Source: Balanoglossus misakiensis (lineage: Eukaryota > Animalia > Hemichordata). From it: 64,000 bases of DNA. Shown in pieces: positions 37,184 through 52,589 of this stretch. The DNA is taken from contig CM082576.2 in assembly GCA_040954595.2 (NCBI GenBank), forward strand, positions 3,322,760 through 3,386,759, given 5' to 3'. Position 1 is the first letter of the stretch; each line of letters starts with the position of its first letter. The notes beneath the pieces are model-generated. The model saw only the letters and a list, made by a program, of their open reading frames with translations, had not been told where the DNA came from and made no database searches. The position numbers and the translations under genes are program-made.

Positions 37184-40100
37184 GCGACGAGAAAGAAAAC
37201 GATGAACCCGTCAAATTGCCATTCAAGTTATCATTTGAGTATATTTCCTGTTTGCGATAAGACTAGATGTAATCCTAAGAACGCGTAATACAGCAGCCAA
37301 CATTTACACGTTTGGCCTTCTGTGTTACCGCTTTTCCATCCAGCGGTCTGTTCCACTTGACATGTTAAGTCTGGACTGCAATGCTTTACAACCTTGTGTA
37401 GAAATGATATAGGAGACAGACACATATGCCTCTTGACGGATCAACATATTTTCTTGGTGTCACCGTCTGCATGTGTTCTGTTTTCTTCCTGCTGTTTGTG
37501 AACTCGTAACGCTGGTCTACATCCCCAGACACGCAGCGAGGAATAACTGGAATTCTGTCGGTGTCAACTGCTGACTGTAAATACTACAAGTATCACTTAT
37601 GCGCGAATGACACAATAAAAAATGGGGGAGTTCACACATGAATGTATATTAGAAAGTCGATCGTTTAATATGTAATATTATCTTTTGTCTTTCCGGTGTC
37701 TATTTCATTATTGTTGATGTCGGTTTCCTGTGCATCGTGTATATTTCTGTCAGTGGCATCTTAGCTAAGCGCGATAGAGATTCTTCATTCAAGTGGACAG
37801 CGGATGATGCGGAGAAAACATATAAAGGTGGACGAACAAAGTATTTGTGGTTTTAATTGAAAATATTAGTGAATGGTTGAATATTCAAGTGTTTCAATCT
37901 CAGGCTTTCTGGTTTCTTCGTTCATCGACTGTTGTCGTTTTTTGGGGGACCAAATATTAACGAACATACTCCTGGTTGAAGTTGCACTTTGGATATGAGC
38001 GTGACCCACAGCTGATGCTTTGTCAGAGCAGACAGCTGTGCCGGGTGCTGCTTATAGCCAATGCCTTGCATTCGTCTCTCAGACATGTCTGATGTATGTG
38101 TTGACAACACGCGGGAAATCCGGACGCGTCTGGCCTAGTGGACGCGCGTGAACCGAGAAATAAAACATCAACACGACCGCAAGCAATCTCATGCCACACA
38201 CGTACTCGCTAATAGCACGCACACTTTTCGAATATTCCATCGTTAAGAAAGGGGAAACAAAAAATGTTACAAGCGAGGCAGACATTTATCGCTTCCTTAA
38301 TTTGTTTGTTTGTTTGTGTCCAAGTTCGGGATAAATGTGGAGAAATAACAAGCTGACGTGCGCATGACACACGAGGGACAGATGTCTGCGAGGTCTGGTA
38401 CGTTTTGACACGTGTCCAATCTTCACGGCCTTCTGGTACCGGGAATGCTATTAAAAGGCCTTCTTCAGGCGAGCGCCGACAATCTCGTTTTCTTTAGCGC
38501 GTCTATCAAAACAACTAATCGTATGCATGCGTACAAGAGTGTTTAAAGATTCTGAACCACGCTGCTATGATGCGGCTACTGTTTAACTTCAATTTTTGCA
38601 CAGACTTTCTTTTCATTATCAGCACCGGCATCAGGTTTTAATATTTGTTAATGCCAACAAACGTGGTCCAATCGTTAAAGTTCAGTGGACATGTACCTCC
38701 AGGCCTGAAAATATTTATGCACAAACGCACGCGCCGCAGTCGTTGTTGATTTTTTAAGGTTGGGATCCTTAAATTGCTTGGACAGAGTTCTGATTTTTTT
38801 CTCACTTAAGAATTGTGTGTGAAGTTTAAAAGTCGACGGACATTTCGAAATACCAACGCCAAAGTAGTGGATATGCCTCATCTAAGATACAGGAAAAGCC
38901 AGAGAGTTCAAAGGTTTTGCGTACAATACCCCGGCCAATCGGTATGCCACTCAACCTCCCTTTGTGAGTGATCATGTTTTTATGTTTTCGGTGAAGATTT
39001 TTTACCCGTTACACACATCCGACCACTTGGCACTGAACGATCACAGCATCGAGATTGCAATACTGTCAATTTATTGTCACTGTGGCCACGAGATGATTCT
39101 GTCACTTCCGTTACATTCTTTAGGAGGAGGTACGCATGAGCAGACCATTTTACCTGGTCATCCTACTACATCCCGGGTATTGTCCCCTAAATCATAATGA
39201 CATTTTTACTTGAATAATTTCCTCGAGGTATGAGAATCGACTCGGGTGGTCTGTCAAGATGACGTCGAGTGTTCACCTGGCGGCGATCGAATCAGGTCAA
39301 GTGAGGTTACGCTGGTCGGTGTTCATTAAACACCCACCAAAGCACTATTCTTTCTTTCACAATGGTAATTGTCGATGATGAGCTCGGCCCTCGTCATCCT
39401 GTCATCAACACGGAACTTGAGTCGAACAAGAACTCTCGCCCCTTCTCATTTTGAGCGATGCCTCTCTTCTTTGATTAAACGCTAATTTGACGCGGAGACG
39501 CGCAGTACCACCCCGATCCTTTCCCGCGGTGGCGATACTGGCCGGACGATACAAAATTAAAATGTCTCCGCCGAATGCAGTTATGTAATCTGCTCGAGAC
39601 TGTCCAGAATTTCTGAAATACTTCAAGTTTGGACTTTCCTTTCTGCAGCGACACATAATCTTGCCAGAGTGAGTTCTGGCACGGCTCTCTAATCATGCCG
39701 AGAGTCAAAGCCTTGCACCGGCGTCTTTTTTATTCTCATTCGGTGTCAAATACCTGAACATTTTTCTCTACCACTACACTTCCGCGATATGCTGAAAATT
39801 TCTTCCCATCTTGAAATCGGACTCGCCTGAGCTGTTGCGTACAAAAGTACTTAGTACGCAAAAAGTCCGGGTCTGGTGGCGATAATTTGCGTTCTAGCAA
39901 GTCGGGTTTGATGGTATTTCTCTCCGACTGAACCCGTCCTGACCGGTAATCAGATTCCTCTCATCCCGCTACTGATATCCGGGGCATGAAGACGGCCATG
40001 AAATCACATCTATCCCCTGGGAGTAAAGCCAACTGAGATAATCGTACTATTATATTTAATATGGACATAAGAAAACTGGATAGTCAAGTTTACCTGAGTT

Positions 40101-41874
40101 TAGTAAACTAGGGCTGGTCGATCGTGTTCAAGTTCAATGGCTAGCGCACCTGTACAAAGCAAAACAATGGTTTTTCTTTTTTTTTTTGTGATCGGGTTGT
40201 TGTCTAAGACTCAAGAAACAAGGAAACCATCATAGATTATGAAACGAAGAACGCTTCAAGACGTTACATATATGTGAAGCGTGCATGAAACACATCCCAG
40301 GTCACGGTAACCTTTGTTGGAACGAGGAGTGCAGCGCAAAATCGGCACCAGCAGTTTGATTCTCTTTTGTTGGCTTTAATGGTGACTTTGCAGGAGAATG
40401 GGCAGTTCTATCATCGGTGCGCAAAAGTCGACGGTGGCCGACCTCGAGCGACACGGCATTTGCTGCCAGTCAGGCGCACGAATTGTCGGTGTCACTGTTG
40501 TGGTTGGGCTTCGTGTTATAAGATACCTGTGTTCGGTTGGTCTTCAAACTGACGGCGGGCAACCACGGTACTTGGGTTGCCAGGCGAAGTCGATGGTTCT
40601 TTAATCTCAACCAAACAGTTCGAGATACTTGCAGGGCCATTTGCTGGTCATCAAATTTAAATAGGAATACTTTCAAGTGGGCTCTCCAACGTGTGCCGGG
40701 CAGTTCGAGATCAGAGATATACGAGTTCGGCTGGTGAAGAGTTTAGTACACTTGTCGAAATATCGGAGATTTTTTATTTGCGTCTGCAGGCCACTACCGC
40801 TGCTGGCGGAGAGCCCGGTCTCGAAGTCTGAAGTTTCCACGCCGCCTAACAATGCAGCACAAACACAAAGCCAAAGGCGGGGGGGGGGGGGTAGAGAGAA
40901 TGGTTGAACTAAGTAATAAACCAATCGAGAAGATAAACCCGGTAGCAATCTGCACTACATAACTGTATCACACGTCCACCCTCAGTTACACTTGTCTGGA
41001 AGTGTGCTCCCGCACGCGTTGCCAATTTTCGAGCGATAATATCCGAGCTCTTAATGCTCGAGATAGGTGGCCCACGCTTGGAATGGCGCAGAGCATTTTA
41101 AATTCATTCCTCCTCTGATAGGAATTCTTAAAGACACTCGGCTCGTTTCCTCTCATACCACTTCACATTCCCGATACCGCCACGTTTTTTAAGCTCCGTC
41201 GCCAAGGTTATTCCCTGCAGCAGAAATCGGTCACGGACCGGTCGACTTGCGCGGAGCAGGCGTCGAGTTAAAATCGCACAGATACTTGTGATTTATGGAG
41301 AAAATTTCCTCGTCGGTTGCATTATTTAGATTGGACCGTTATATTATCAGATTAGCCGAGAATTTTTGCTGTCGCCGGCAAAATATAAGGCGCGATAAGG
41401 AGTGTTTAATGCCTGGATGGGGGACCTTGGAATGGAGAGGACATTCGCCAATGATGGCTTGAAGTGACAAAATCAAAATCATGCGCATTTTCCAGAGTTA
41501 TAAATTGCCACGTATTTTTTTCAGGCAGTCCCTGTTACCTGTGAATCAAGAAATACAAATGTACAAGCAATGCAAAAAAACTGAGTTCGGGGTGGGGGAG
41601 GGGCGATGCTCACAATGATCGCAACCAACATTCTCAAGTTATAGTTGTAAAATGATGACACGCAGACCGTGTGAAAAAATGAAGGTTACAAAATCCGATC
41701 GCATAAAGTTTCGAACATCGCACCCGTGAAGCGAAGTATCAATAACTTCCGTGTTTTGATACAGGATTTGGTATTTTTTTTCTGAAAGACGCAAACCACT
41801 TGTGTGTTCCATTGTCATCCACTGGTTAGACCTCATACGATGTGTTGTTGTTTTGTTTTTCGGGTGACTTTTTT

Positions 41875-44800
41875 TTCTCACAGGGGAAAATTACCGAGAA
41901 GTTCAAAAGCGTGGGACTCGTGGAACCGGGGAGCGTTTCTATTATTTTGTAATAGAAATACCTATGCAATTACTAACACTTGTGAGCATGAAAAGAAGGG
42001 CCTCATTGTCCTCTTAATTGTTTTCGTTTATGTGTTAACCAATTGGAAAAAATAAAACCCTGCCCCCGCGTTTGTTGCGAAAGATTGCTTCACCAACTTG
42101 AAAAATGCGACGGTGAAGCCATGGTTACACCTAGGCAGGTTTGAAATTCCAGCCACCGGGGAGAAATGATTCACTGCCCTGCCGCTGCCAACGTCACGAC
42201 TCTGTTATGCTGGCCGGGTGTTATTTCAAATAAATTGGCACGGGCGGTCAAGTAGCAACACTGTCGTCCGTGAAATGCATCGGTCGCCAGGGATGAGAGT
42301 TGTTGATTCTCTCGCACCTGGCCGCGGGACCCTACCTTCCAGGTGAATTATCACATGACGTTTGAAGACGCCTTTAATTGAAGAAAAAACGTGGTGGAAA
42401 ACGAAACCTCAGCAAACTCTTGCAAAAAAACACACCCTTTGTTCAACTTTATTGGCATCTATATCTGTCCATGTAGTCATCAACCGAGCATTAATCTCTT
42501 TTAGTTTCCCACACTCGTTTATACCGTGGGCCGAACACATGTTTACACTTATGTGGCAAAATCCACATAGTTTGAGCAGACCAACTATTTTCCGAAATTA
42601 AAAATATTAAATTGTCTTATGAGATCTGATGACTCGAGTTGGTTCTGGGCACGTATTGCGTCGTCACTGCATTCCTTACATGTTACGATTCCTGCGAGTT
42701 GAGCTAGAGGATTGCCAATTCAGCGTCGTGTCTGTGATCGACAGAACAGCAAACATCTACCGAAGGAAAAAACCCCAAATGAACCCCCCCCCCCCCGACC
42801 AAGCAGCCCTGTCCGCGAACCGTAGGTGTTACAGCACCGACGTCAACTCCGGCCCAATGCTGACTTGGACTGAGATCGGATAACAGAACCAACAGAAATG
42901 GTGTTTACCTGCCGATAATCGCGGCTTTTTAAAAATTGACTTGTGTGCCAACTTCGTTCCGCATGTTGAAGGTGTAAATTTGATCAAACTAGTCGGTGTA
43001 CTATTTTGTATTGCTTAAAGGAAGCCGCAAAATATCCTCGGCTGTTTACCTTGGTTTAAAATGTGTTACCCCAGAACAATTACAAATGTTGCAAATTTCA
43101 GTTTTTCCCCTTTTGAACTTAATGTGTGAGAGGAATTTTCAAATACGGTGACGAATTCAGAAAACGTCACTTTCGTGAGCAATTGCTATCATACTTTCCT
43201 ACCTTTCTTATAATATATATATATAATATATTTTCAGAACCTAAACGAAAAATTGCAGATTATTTTTTGGTCCACATAAGACTACCGATAGATGATCAGT
43301 TTGTAGAACTGATGTAGATGAAACGTCACTTGGAGACCAGATAAACTGTCCAATGTGTCTGAGTCAAGTGGATTCCGTAATGTGCCGCCAACGACTTGTG
43401 GACAAACAACTTGACGTTACGAGTGTCCACACTACCGGGTTCTTATTCGAATTTGATTAGACGTGGAACACACTCATCTTGACTGTAGCCTTTGTGTAAC
43501 GGGCAACGTCAACGTAACTAGGGGCTGTGACAGCATGAGTGATGTCTATTTGAACTTGGTTGCATAGTTGCAAGTTTACGCGACAGGTAATTTATTCAGT
43601 CGGGACGCAGATAGATAGTGGTTGGACGGGGCAGAACTCCAAGGGGCATTGTGTCTGTCTCCGGCCATTGTTTGACCTGTGTCCCGGACACAGTCGCCGA
43701 GACCCGAAAGCAACGGGCGCAGTGGATACCATAACAGAGGGGGATCTGAAGAACATGGTCACGGATTCTTTGGCACCCTCTTTACTTACTACACGGGGTG
43801 CCCCAAAATAAAGCTTCATGTGCACACACCAGATCCGCCCAGATAATGGCCCGATCACAAGAACTTATCGTGAGGGGCCGGGAAACGTATGTTGTCGCAG
43901 TACCCCCTTGTAGTTGTAATCAAGAAAGCAATTGAAAGTAATTACATGGGAGGGATCCCCCGCCTATCGCAAAAACAATTAACAAGTCAAGCCGCCAAGA
44001 CAGAATTTACTTGCCAGACAACAGAAGTAATCTTGGAAGTGCGCAGAACCAATTTAGTCAAAGGCCTGTGTTCATAAGTATCCAGCCGTTCAGCAACACG
44101 GACGGGTTCTGTTCATTTTGAAAGAATCGTTTCTTGTCAAGTGGGATAATCGTGGTCATCACACTTCTAATGACTGTAAACACGACCCTTTTCTGAATTC
44201 TAGTATGAGATTCCGAATCTAGTCGTTTTGAATTTAGATCAATTGGCCTGGAATTAGTACTACGGTGAACAGAATTGGCTCCTAATCTTTCTGAGGGAAA
44301 AAGCAACTGATCGAAAAGAAAGATTATAAGTTCCAATGTAACAATGGTACTGATTTCTTAAATTTCGATGGATTCTTTTTGACAACTGAAAATTTACTTG
44401 TTCCGTATTACCACGAAGTAAAATGGCCGATCCAGCGTTATATATATTTTTCGCCGCAGGAGAAAATGGTACTACGGCGTGTGACCGCGTGTCATTCTCT
44501 TTGTAACGTCGTATGGCCGAGATTTGTGACTCCCGGTTGACCTTGTTCGAGCACACACTTGATAAAAAGCGATTGTTCTGGACGATGATTTTGTGGTTTA
44601 ACGAGTCTTTGCATCCCGGTTAGGAAAGAATTGGGTTGGCTTTTTTTTCCGGTCTCAAACATGCTTCAGGAAAACTGATAACGAGCGGGGCAAATGTTGA
44701 CACGGCGAAATTTACAGACTTTGCGTACAGAGGTTAAGGCAGATGATACTCAATACTAATCAGTTAGTCACGGTTCACTCCGAAATGGTCCCAAGTTAAG

Positions 44801-47800
44801 TTTAGTAGTTCACACATTAACTCGGTGTCATTTTGCGAAACGGTGATACTTTGTAAAAAAATTCGCAGAGAAAGCGAAGGTTTTTTTCAAAGGCTAAGCG
44901 CCCGTGTTTTCTCAACTTGTTTGTGATATCGATGCCCAGATTGTGGTGGTACTTAAAGGGCTATGTGAAAACGTTGACATAGATCTGTTTTTTAAGTGCA
45001 CACACTAAGTAAATTGTTGTTTCACCCTTTTCTTCCAAGGGGCGACAATAAAGGCAGACAAGGAGACATTGTCAGCACCCGTTCATTAACAGCCCTTCAT
45101 TATTGCACAGGGCAGCGTTGCGACACGTGATACCGTTCCGAACATACAGGTCGGCGTGCGTTTGATCGTCTGAACGTCGGCAGCAACCGTGAGCGGCGGA
45201 GGTTGGCGACGGCTCGAGTTACCCCCAACCGCGTTGGGCTACTGGTCGTGGTTTGTGGGAAAGGAAATAAAAACACACGTTTTCTTTAAAATACAAAATC
45301 CTTAATTGAAGTTCAAGTTAAAATGAGCACTGCCCGAATTCGACAATGCAGACATGCCACAGTCGGAAACCAAATAATCATCTCAGACGTAACCTGGCGT
45401 ATCCCATGTCTGGTCGGCGATGGCTGTCTGCTGTGGAGGAATGTTTCAGCTTTAATGGTTCGCCGACAACAAGTTCGCGCCAATGTTTCGAAGTGCTGCC
45501 AGCCCGGTCCGAAGCAAAGCCAAGGAATGCCATCGGCATCACACCAAAGTGTTTGAACTTGCAAGAAATTGCCGCGTCCAGTGTTGCCCACTTCTCGGCC
45601 AATTGACAATTCAAATTATTTTTATAACTGGTACGTGTATTGTTCGAAAAATATAATCTGCACTAAACCAATTACACCCCTTCCAAATCAGAAAAACTTA
45701 AATCAATTGCTAGTACCCGTCCCAAAAGTACACGGTCCCCGGTCAAGCATGCCATTGAAAAGGGAAAACTAAACAAAAATCGGAAGTGGTGTACTAAAAT
45801 ATATTTATTTGCGATTGAGTTTATTTTCGTGTGTTGTCGAGTTCAATGGAGGGTGGGCAGGTGATCGCATAAAACACACAAAGCCTTTACCGTGAAGCAA
45901 TTTTCTCATCACTATATACTACGATGGGAGCGCTTCCGGATGTGTTCGACATACTCAAACAAATCTCGCCAACGATTTATACCAATCCTCTAATTACAAT
46001 AGCTGCATCCGGACAGCGGTGAGAGGCTTTCAAGTTTGGTCGGGTTTCCCCCGAACCTCTGCCAAATATGGGCAAAGTTTCCGGAATCCGCAAAATTCCC
46101 ACTGCATTTAACTTGGGTGAGTGTTCCACAAATGAGGACCGGTTGGCTGGGAACGCCAAAACCGTTCAGACGTAAAATTGTTCACAGTTTACCTGAGGCC
46201 TTTCAGCCTCAGACCCGTGGAACACATTTCTTGCCTAGCTACCCATGGCAACGGGCTTCGCGCGCGCGATAAAAGAAAAGTGGGGCGATATCCGGCCTTT
46301 TTTGTCTGTGTCTGTATATATAACGTCTTTGCCACAGAAAGAAATCGAATGCAACGTTGAGTCACGTGACCCTGTGAGAATTTTTTCCAAACCACCTGTT
46401 GAGCAGCTTCACACAGTCGCAAAATTTGTTGAAACGAAAAGTTCTACCTTTATTTCCGATAGTTCATCGCCCTTTTTTTGAAATCCACTTTATATATTTC
46501 ACAGACACCACAGCTGTTGTTAATTCCATTTATTTCATTCATGTCCTGTGAGTTTCTCTGTTTATTATAAACGGACTCATTGTGTGTCATGTCGGAAAGG
46601 CAACACTGTGACGCACTCTGGCAGAGACCCCTTCGAACAGACAACTCTCTTTGGGTTCGGGAATATGGACGATGAGATACAGCCCCTGAAACCCAAAGCC
46701 TCAAGGACCTACTATCTTACAAGAATAGGTTTAATCTATTTTTGTCGACCGTCCGATAGAATAGCCTCGTCAAAAAATCCCGCTGACGCAACTGTTGAGA
46801 CGGACATATAGGCGGTTCAATAGCCTGGAGACTCCGGAACCCCAATGGCTTGCGGCGATGCGAGAACTTTGCGAAGAGGGTCTGGCCACCCCGCCCACTT
46901 CGACAACAGCCCTGCTTTACCTTATAATCAGCAACAATTCACAATTGATCACTGTGATCCTATTCAAAGTACCACGGAAACATCAATTTTCAGTCTTGTG
47001 ATCTGGCGAAAAAAGGGGGCTTGGCTCCACTTCTTTTTAACGTGGGAAAATTCGCCCCTTCTAATCACCGGCCCGCAAGGTTTCGATAAACATCGCTGGC
47101 ACGGAAGATACACACGGGAAAACTTACAGGGGAGATTTTGTGAGACAAGAGTCAACATACTCGATGCATGGTTGGACATGGTGACGATTTCAGTCCCCTT
47201 TTCGGGTGGTGGTACGCTGAAATGTGACACAGTTTCTATTCTTGTGCTATTGACAAAGCGATGATGTCGTTTACTTTTTTTATACTCGGCGCTGTCAACC
47301 ATGAAAACACGATCCTCTGTGATTGACTCCCAGAGAAAGCCACTGGGCCGGCGATACTTCCGATATGGTCTCACACACCAAACGACCTGCGGTTGACAGT
47401 TTATCCGCTATAAACCCACTCGCGTAAGGCTTGTGCAAACTCGAGAGGATTATGTTTAGATAGCAGAGTAAACTTCGGCTCGTGTGACGGCTTTAGATTT
47501 TAAACCCTTTGCAAACTTGTCATAATATTATTCTCGTTACTTGTTACACCCGATCGTCAGCAAACGATGATGGACAGGTCGGGACCTGCGTGGGAAAACG
47601 GCGTTTTCGGACATGAAAATTGCAATAAACTTACATGCACAGGGTTAGAAAACACACACATACACACAGAGCGCATGGAACTATAGTTTCTTTTCTTTTC
47701 AAGTGGTCTCATTTTGTCTCTGCGTCACCTCATATTTTTCTCGATTGGCAAACCGTTAGTATAACGGTCACTCCACACACACGTGTTGATTGGTCGTGCT

Positions 47801-50223
47801 ATAAAATATTATTATTAATATACACAAATTACTGATTAAAGGATAGGCAGACCTAGGCCTACACTAGATCGTACCGACCGGGTACCATGTACGCTGCAGT
47901 GACTGTGTAGAAATCTAACACAAACAGAAATGAATATTGTGATATGGCTTTGCAGCTTGGGTGAGTTTCCCATACACAACGAAAATACTAGCGGAAAGTA
48001 TGCCATCAGTTATCTCCATAATTGGGCCTTTGGCCAAATGGGGTCTTCAATTTCGCGACTGAAATACCAAAGACTATGAGAAACATGGATATTGAGGGGA
48101 TGTTATAGACACCAGTTCACAGAGAGACAGATTCATACGAACATCAGTGAAAGAGGCTTAATAGAACGGGCTCCATTGACGGGCCCCAGGTGAAAATTTC
48201 ACAGCAACTGTCGAGTATCGAAGAGGGCGCAACGTTAAAGCAGTTTCCAACCGGCCTGTACGAAGCAAGGCTAAGATGGGTCTTTAATGAGTCAATATGA
48301 CTTATAGAACTGCAGCATTGCAGGTACTGGGGACGGGCGCGAGCTCCGGGGACCCAAGCGAAAAACGCACAAAACTGCAAACCGTGTAGTGCGACTAAGC
48401 GCAAATATACGATGTAAAGGTGCGCAATGTTTGCACTTGGGGCATTTTTCGGTCATCTAGATTCTTTGAGATTAATATCAAATATTACTTTGTGGGTATA
48501 TCGATTCGCCGCGTTCAGAATGCCGTTTATCACCTGAATAGGCAGGGGAAATTCCTGACACCGTCAGAAATGGCTCCACTGCCCCGGCAGTTGACAGTGG
48601 TCCCGGGGTGAAAAATTAAAGGCTCCTGCTAGGGCCATTTAGGATCTATTAGCTAGGGGTTAAAAAATTCTTCCATTGTTCCTAATATCTTTGGTAATCC
48701 CATTTAAGCCTAGCTCTTTCAGATGTGATTATAAATACCATAATTTTGCAGCTCAGCCCAACAACCTAATCAGTTTAGAAGTTTCCCACGTTTTATATTT
48801 TTTTATTGGCCCCGGCTGTTGATTAGAGCACCATATGTGTGGCAATTGCATTCCGAAAAACTGAGATGTGGGTATTTTGCTTTGCGATATTTTGGTTGAT
48901 GAAACGTCACATTATTTCAACATAGTCTAGTATTCTAGTTTAAATACTGAATAAAATCGAGATATGGTGGTAGACGTTACTTATCTGTCCATATACAAAA
49001 GCAACTTTACAACTTAACATATTATAATTATCACCTGGCTGACGCGATACCAGAAATTAGAGACATGGGCTTAGTTTGCATGGAAATTTGAATATAAGAT
49101 GTCCCAAGGTGGCGAACTGTCATTCCTGGGGGGTCTGAAAAGGGGATCCTAGCAAAAAGTATGCAAATTGTATCTCTATAAACGACAAAGTGTGTTATTG
49201 GGAACACGCTGCAGAAATCACGCGAGGAAGGTGAAAGAGGGGCAAAGTTAACTTCAGTGGACGGTCGGGTTCGCGTTGCTGAAGGCACCCGTTCAATTCT
49301 GAGGAATTCGCCTTTGACAAAAATAATGATATCATTCGACCTTCATCGGTGGCAGGATAATTTAGAGCGGAAAAGTAGCAACGACTCGGTGCAGGTGAGA
49401 AAGATCGATAAAATAGTACCGTTGCGACGTTCGCGTCCACACCCCCGTGGTGCGTTCCTGGGGTTATGCCTACCCTGCACAGTAATGTCGAACCCTTTGG
49501 CTGGAATTTATTGGGGGGAGTGGGTTCGCGAACGAACACGTGTTGGCAGGTTTCAGACAAAATGCACACACGCGGCACGGAACCCAACGGTCACTAAGCA
49601 AACTCACGTCTGATAAATGTTTGGGTGTCGTGATTAAGTGTCTCGTTAAGCCATGACTTCCACGGCGACACAATTAAATCATTATTTCTGAAGAAGTATT
49701 TATTGGGGGGCTACTCGGGGCGAAAATAGGCCCTCATTGTAATGTGACCATGACACGGTTGATCCTGCCAGTTCCACATTCCCTTACCCTGGGCATACGG
49801 TTGATGTGTTCCCTCAGAAGTTCGCGTTCATAGGATCGAACATCATGAAACCCTGCAATTTCCCCCAAAGAAACAGTTTTAGCTTTGCGTAATTGGTGTA
49901 ATTACGTCCATGGCGATACATGTACTTTGATCGGGTGAATTGCTCAATAAAAACCAAATGGATATGTATCAATGGCGAAATTCAATTTGCGCAGGTCGTG
50001 AAACATTGGAGGCATTGTCGCCGATGGATAACATATGTCGCAAAGTCCAAACATATACATTTTACTATGATTTCATTTCTCGTCCTTATTGAGCTTCGTC
50101 TTCCACCAGTGCGGCGTCCTGTCACGTGACTTGGGTAAGCACTGACACGGTCCTCCGTAGCAACCATGTTTGTTGGGAACATTCCATCGTGAGCAAACTT
50201 AATTTTATCATGTGCTGTGAGAA
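41875..50223. promoter_or_regulatory. Distal region enriched in CSL/Su(H)/RBPJ consensus sites (YGTGRGAA)
   Basis: Eight matches, starting at 41875, 42506, 45254, 46373, 47041, 47589, 48783 and 50216. Confidence 0.45.
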
Positions 50224-52538
50224 TTAAATAAAGATCGCGTCACAGACACGTAATGCCTATGGTTGTACTCTGAGAGAACGGACCATGCACCAATCTGATT
50301 AAAATCAACTGTAGTTGTACAGGCCCCTTTGCTACTCCCCATTTGCTGCATCATGGGAAGACACCGAGTGCCACTCGAAGTGCGCCGAGAAACGGCCGAT
50401 TCAAATTAAAGCTGAAGAGGTCTTATCTGTAAAAAGATGAGGTTCAATTTCATATTTAATTCAGGAGGCGATAGCAATCCTTTGAGGTGTCTCGCCAGCC
50501 GACGGGCAGCCGCGCAGAAGTTGCTCAGTGACCAGCTACCGTGGGTGCACTGTTTCCAAGACTACGCGGCGACAAACACCGTGAACAAACACCGCTGCCG
50601 CCATCTCGTTTGTGCCTAACCGGTGTGCAATGTCCAGTTACCGTAGCAACCGAGTGCAAATGTATGGCCTGTGCTTCGCCAGGGTGATAATCGGCCTGAT
50701 GGACAAACATGGAAGAAAATCAAATCGGGTATTACCAGAAAATCTTCCAACATTTTGGGGGGTTTGCGTATCATTCAAATGACAAAACATCGTCGTGAAA
50801 TAAAGTTACAAAACATTACTTGGAGGGTCTCCATTACTAGTCATGAGTCGTTTCCATGGAGCTACCACCTCCATGGGCGTACAAATATGTCGAAAAGACA
50901 ATTCGCGTATATAAGAAGAACGGATCAACCGTAAGAGGGGGCTATTATTGACCAAACCAACAGCCACACCTGCACCTTTCCACGTGACACACCCACATAT
51001 CCGGTTCCGGTTATCGATGAGCGGGACTACCTGTTGATCAACTTACAATTTCAATCAGAGATTCGCTTTGATGGTCAGGCTTTGGTTTAAGGATATTTAT
51101 TGATATTTATTTGCATCTACCAAGACGTGACGACGCAACTGTCATTTATCAAAGCGAATTACTGGTGGTCAGTATACTGGCAGTACAGCGCGAATCGATG
51201 ATCACCAACTATTTGTCGCAATGCATCATCAATTTATCACCGACAAGTCTGCGAATAACCAGGACCATTGCCATGAAATATGTAAAATCACTTGTTCCTC
51301 ACGCTAAATCAGTTTTCGGAAACTCGCACTTGGTAAAGGATGTTGCGCCCGTTGTTGTAACGTGTTTTTGATTCGTGCTTATACCCACAATTAAGAGGTC
51401 CCAGCTGCCCGTTGTGATAAATCGGAAATTAAAATTATCTACAATCTTCGCCCGTTTCTAATGAATCGCCAGCAAATGAAGCTTATATGTCCACCGACTT
51501 TTGTGGAGGGACGCAATGTGAAAGATATTACAATGAAATACTGTAATTGTGTTTACCCGTGATTTATTGTTGGATGGCAATTAACATAGGGCGTCATTTT
51601 AATAACCACCACACTTGCTTGGATCGGATTCGTTCTAAAAACGTCCTTTAGACTTCAGGGAGCACATACGGAGAAGTAGGTATTGGGTTCACTACTGACG
51701 TCATTAGCCGTAACCGGTGTCGTGTCGAGCGCTTTATCCAGCTGGCCGATGTCACGGTGGTATCCAAAACAAGGAGGGAATTTTGCACTTTTGAAGTAAC
51801 ACGACCACGTTTGATCACCGCAGTCTACTTTGTTCATTACCCAATTCAGTGTGACATGAGCCACTCACTGTTACACTAGGGTACACTTGACGTATTTACA
51901 TTAAACGGGGGATGACGTGACGACAAACTATATATTTTTCAGCTATTTAGGTCCTCGGAAGTTCTGACGTCATTGGAAATTTTCTCAACAAATCGCGCTG
52001 ATTTTGGTCTGCAAAAGTACTCGCGTCTATTGACAGCTTTGGCGACTGCATACCACAAGTAACCATTGAGCTTTCACTGTTCTTGTCATGTTTTTTTCCT
52101 GCAATTTAGCTAAATTTAGTCACGTGAGGTGGCTTGAATTTGACCCCTTGTAAATCCACAGAATTTAACAGCAGATGTTCCGCGGAACAAAAATAGGCGT
52201 TTTAAATGAAGAAAGCCGTTTTTATCTCGTTATTGCACTTGTAACTCAAATCGACACAAACCTCGATCAGATTAGCTACTATACTATGATATTTTGAAAG
52301 GCAATCGTTATGAATCAAATTATGTTTGTTTTTAATACCACTGCACCTGTAGATCGTTTTTTTTCACAGATGGTCTCTAAAACGTCACTTCCAATATAAC
52401 AATGGAATTACAGGTTCTTGTGATTGGTGGAGCATTTTACATTTCAAAATATGCACAGAGCGTCTGCGAAAGACAGAGAGAAAGAGAGAAATCGAAAAGG
52501 ATAGTTTCATAGATATGCTGACGAAAAAGACATACGTC

Positions 52539-52586
<48 letters not shown>
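52539..52586. repeat. (GACA)12 microsatellite
   Basis: Read directly from the sequence. Confidence 0.95.

Positions 52587-52589
<3 letters not shown>

Noticed and set aside
52231-52242. TATTGCACTTGT, identical to the 5' 12 nt of miR-92
   Set aside because: The rest of the mature sequence does not match and no complementary arm is nearby for a pre-miRNA hairpin.
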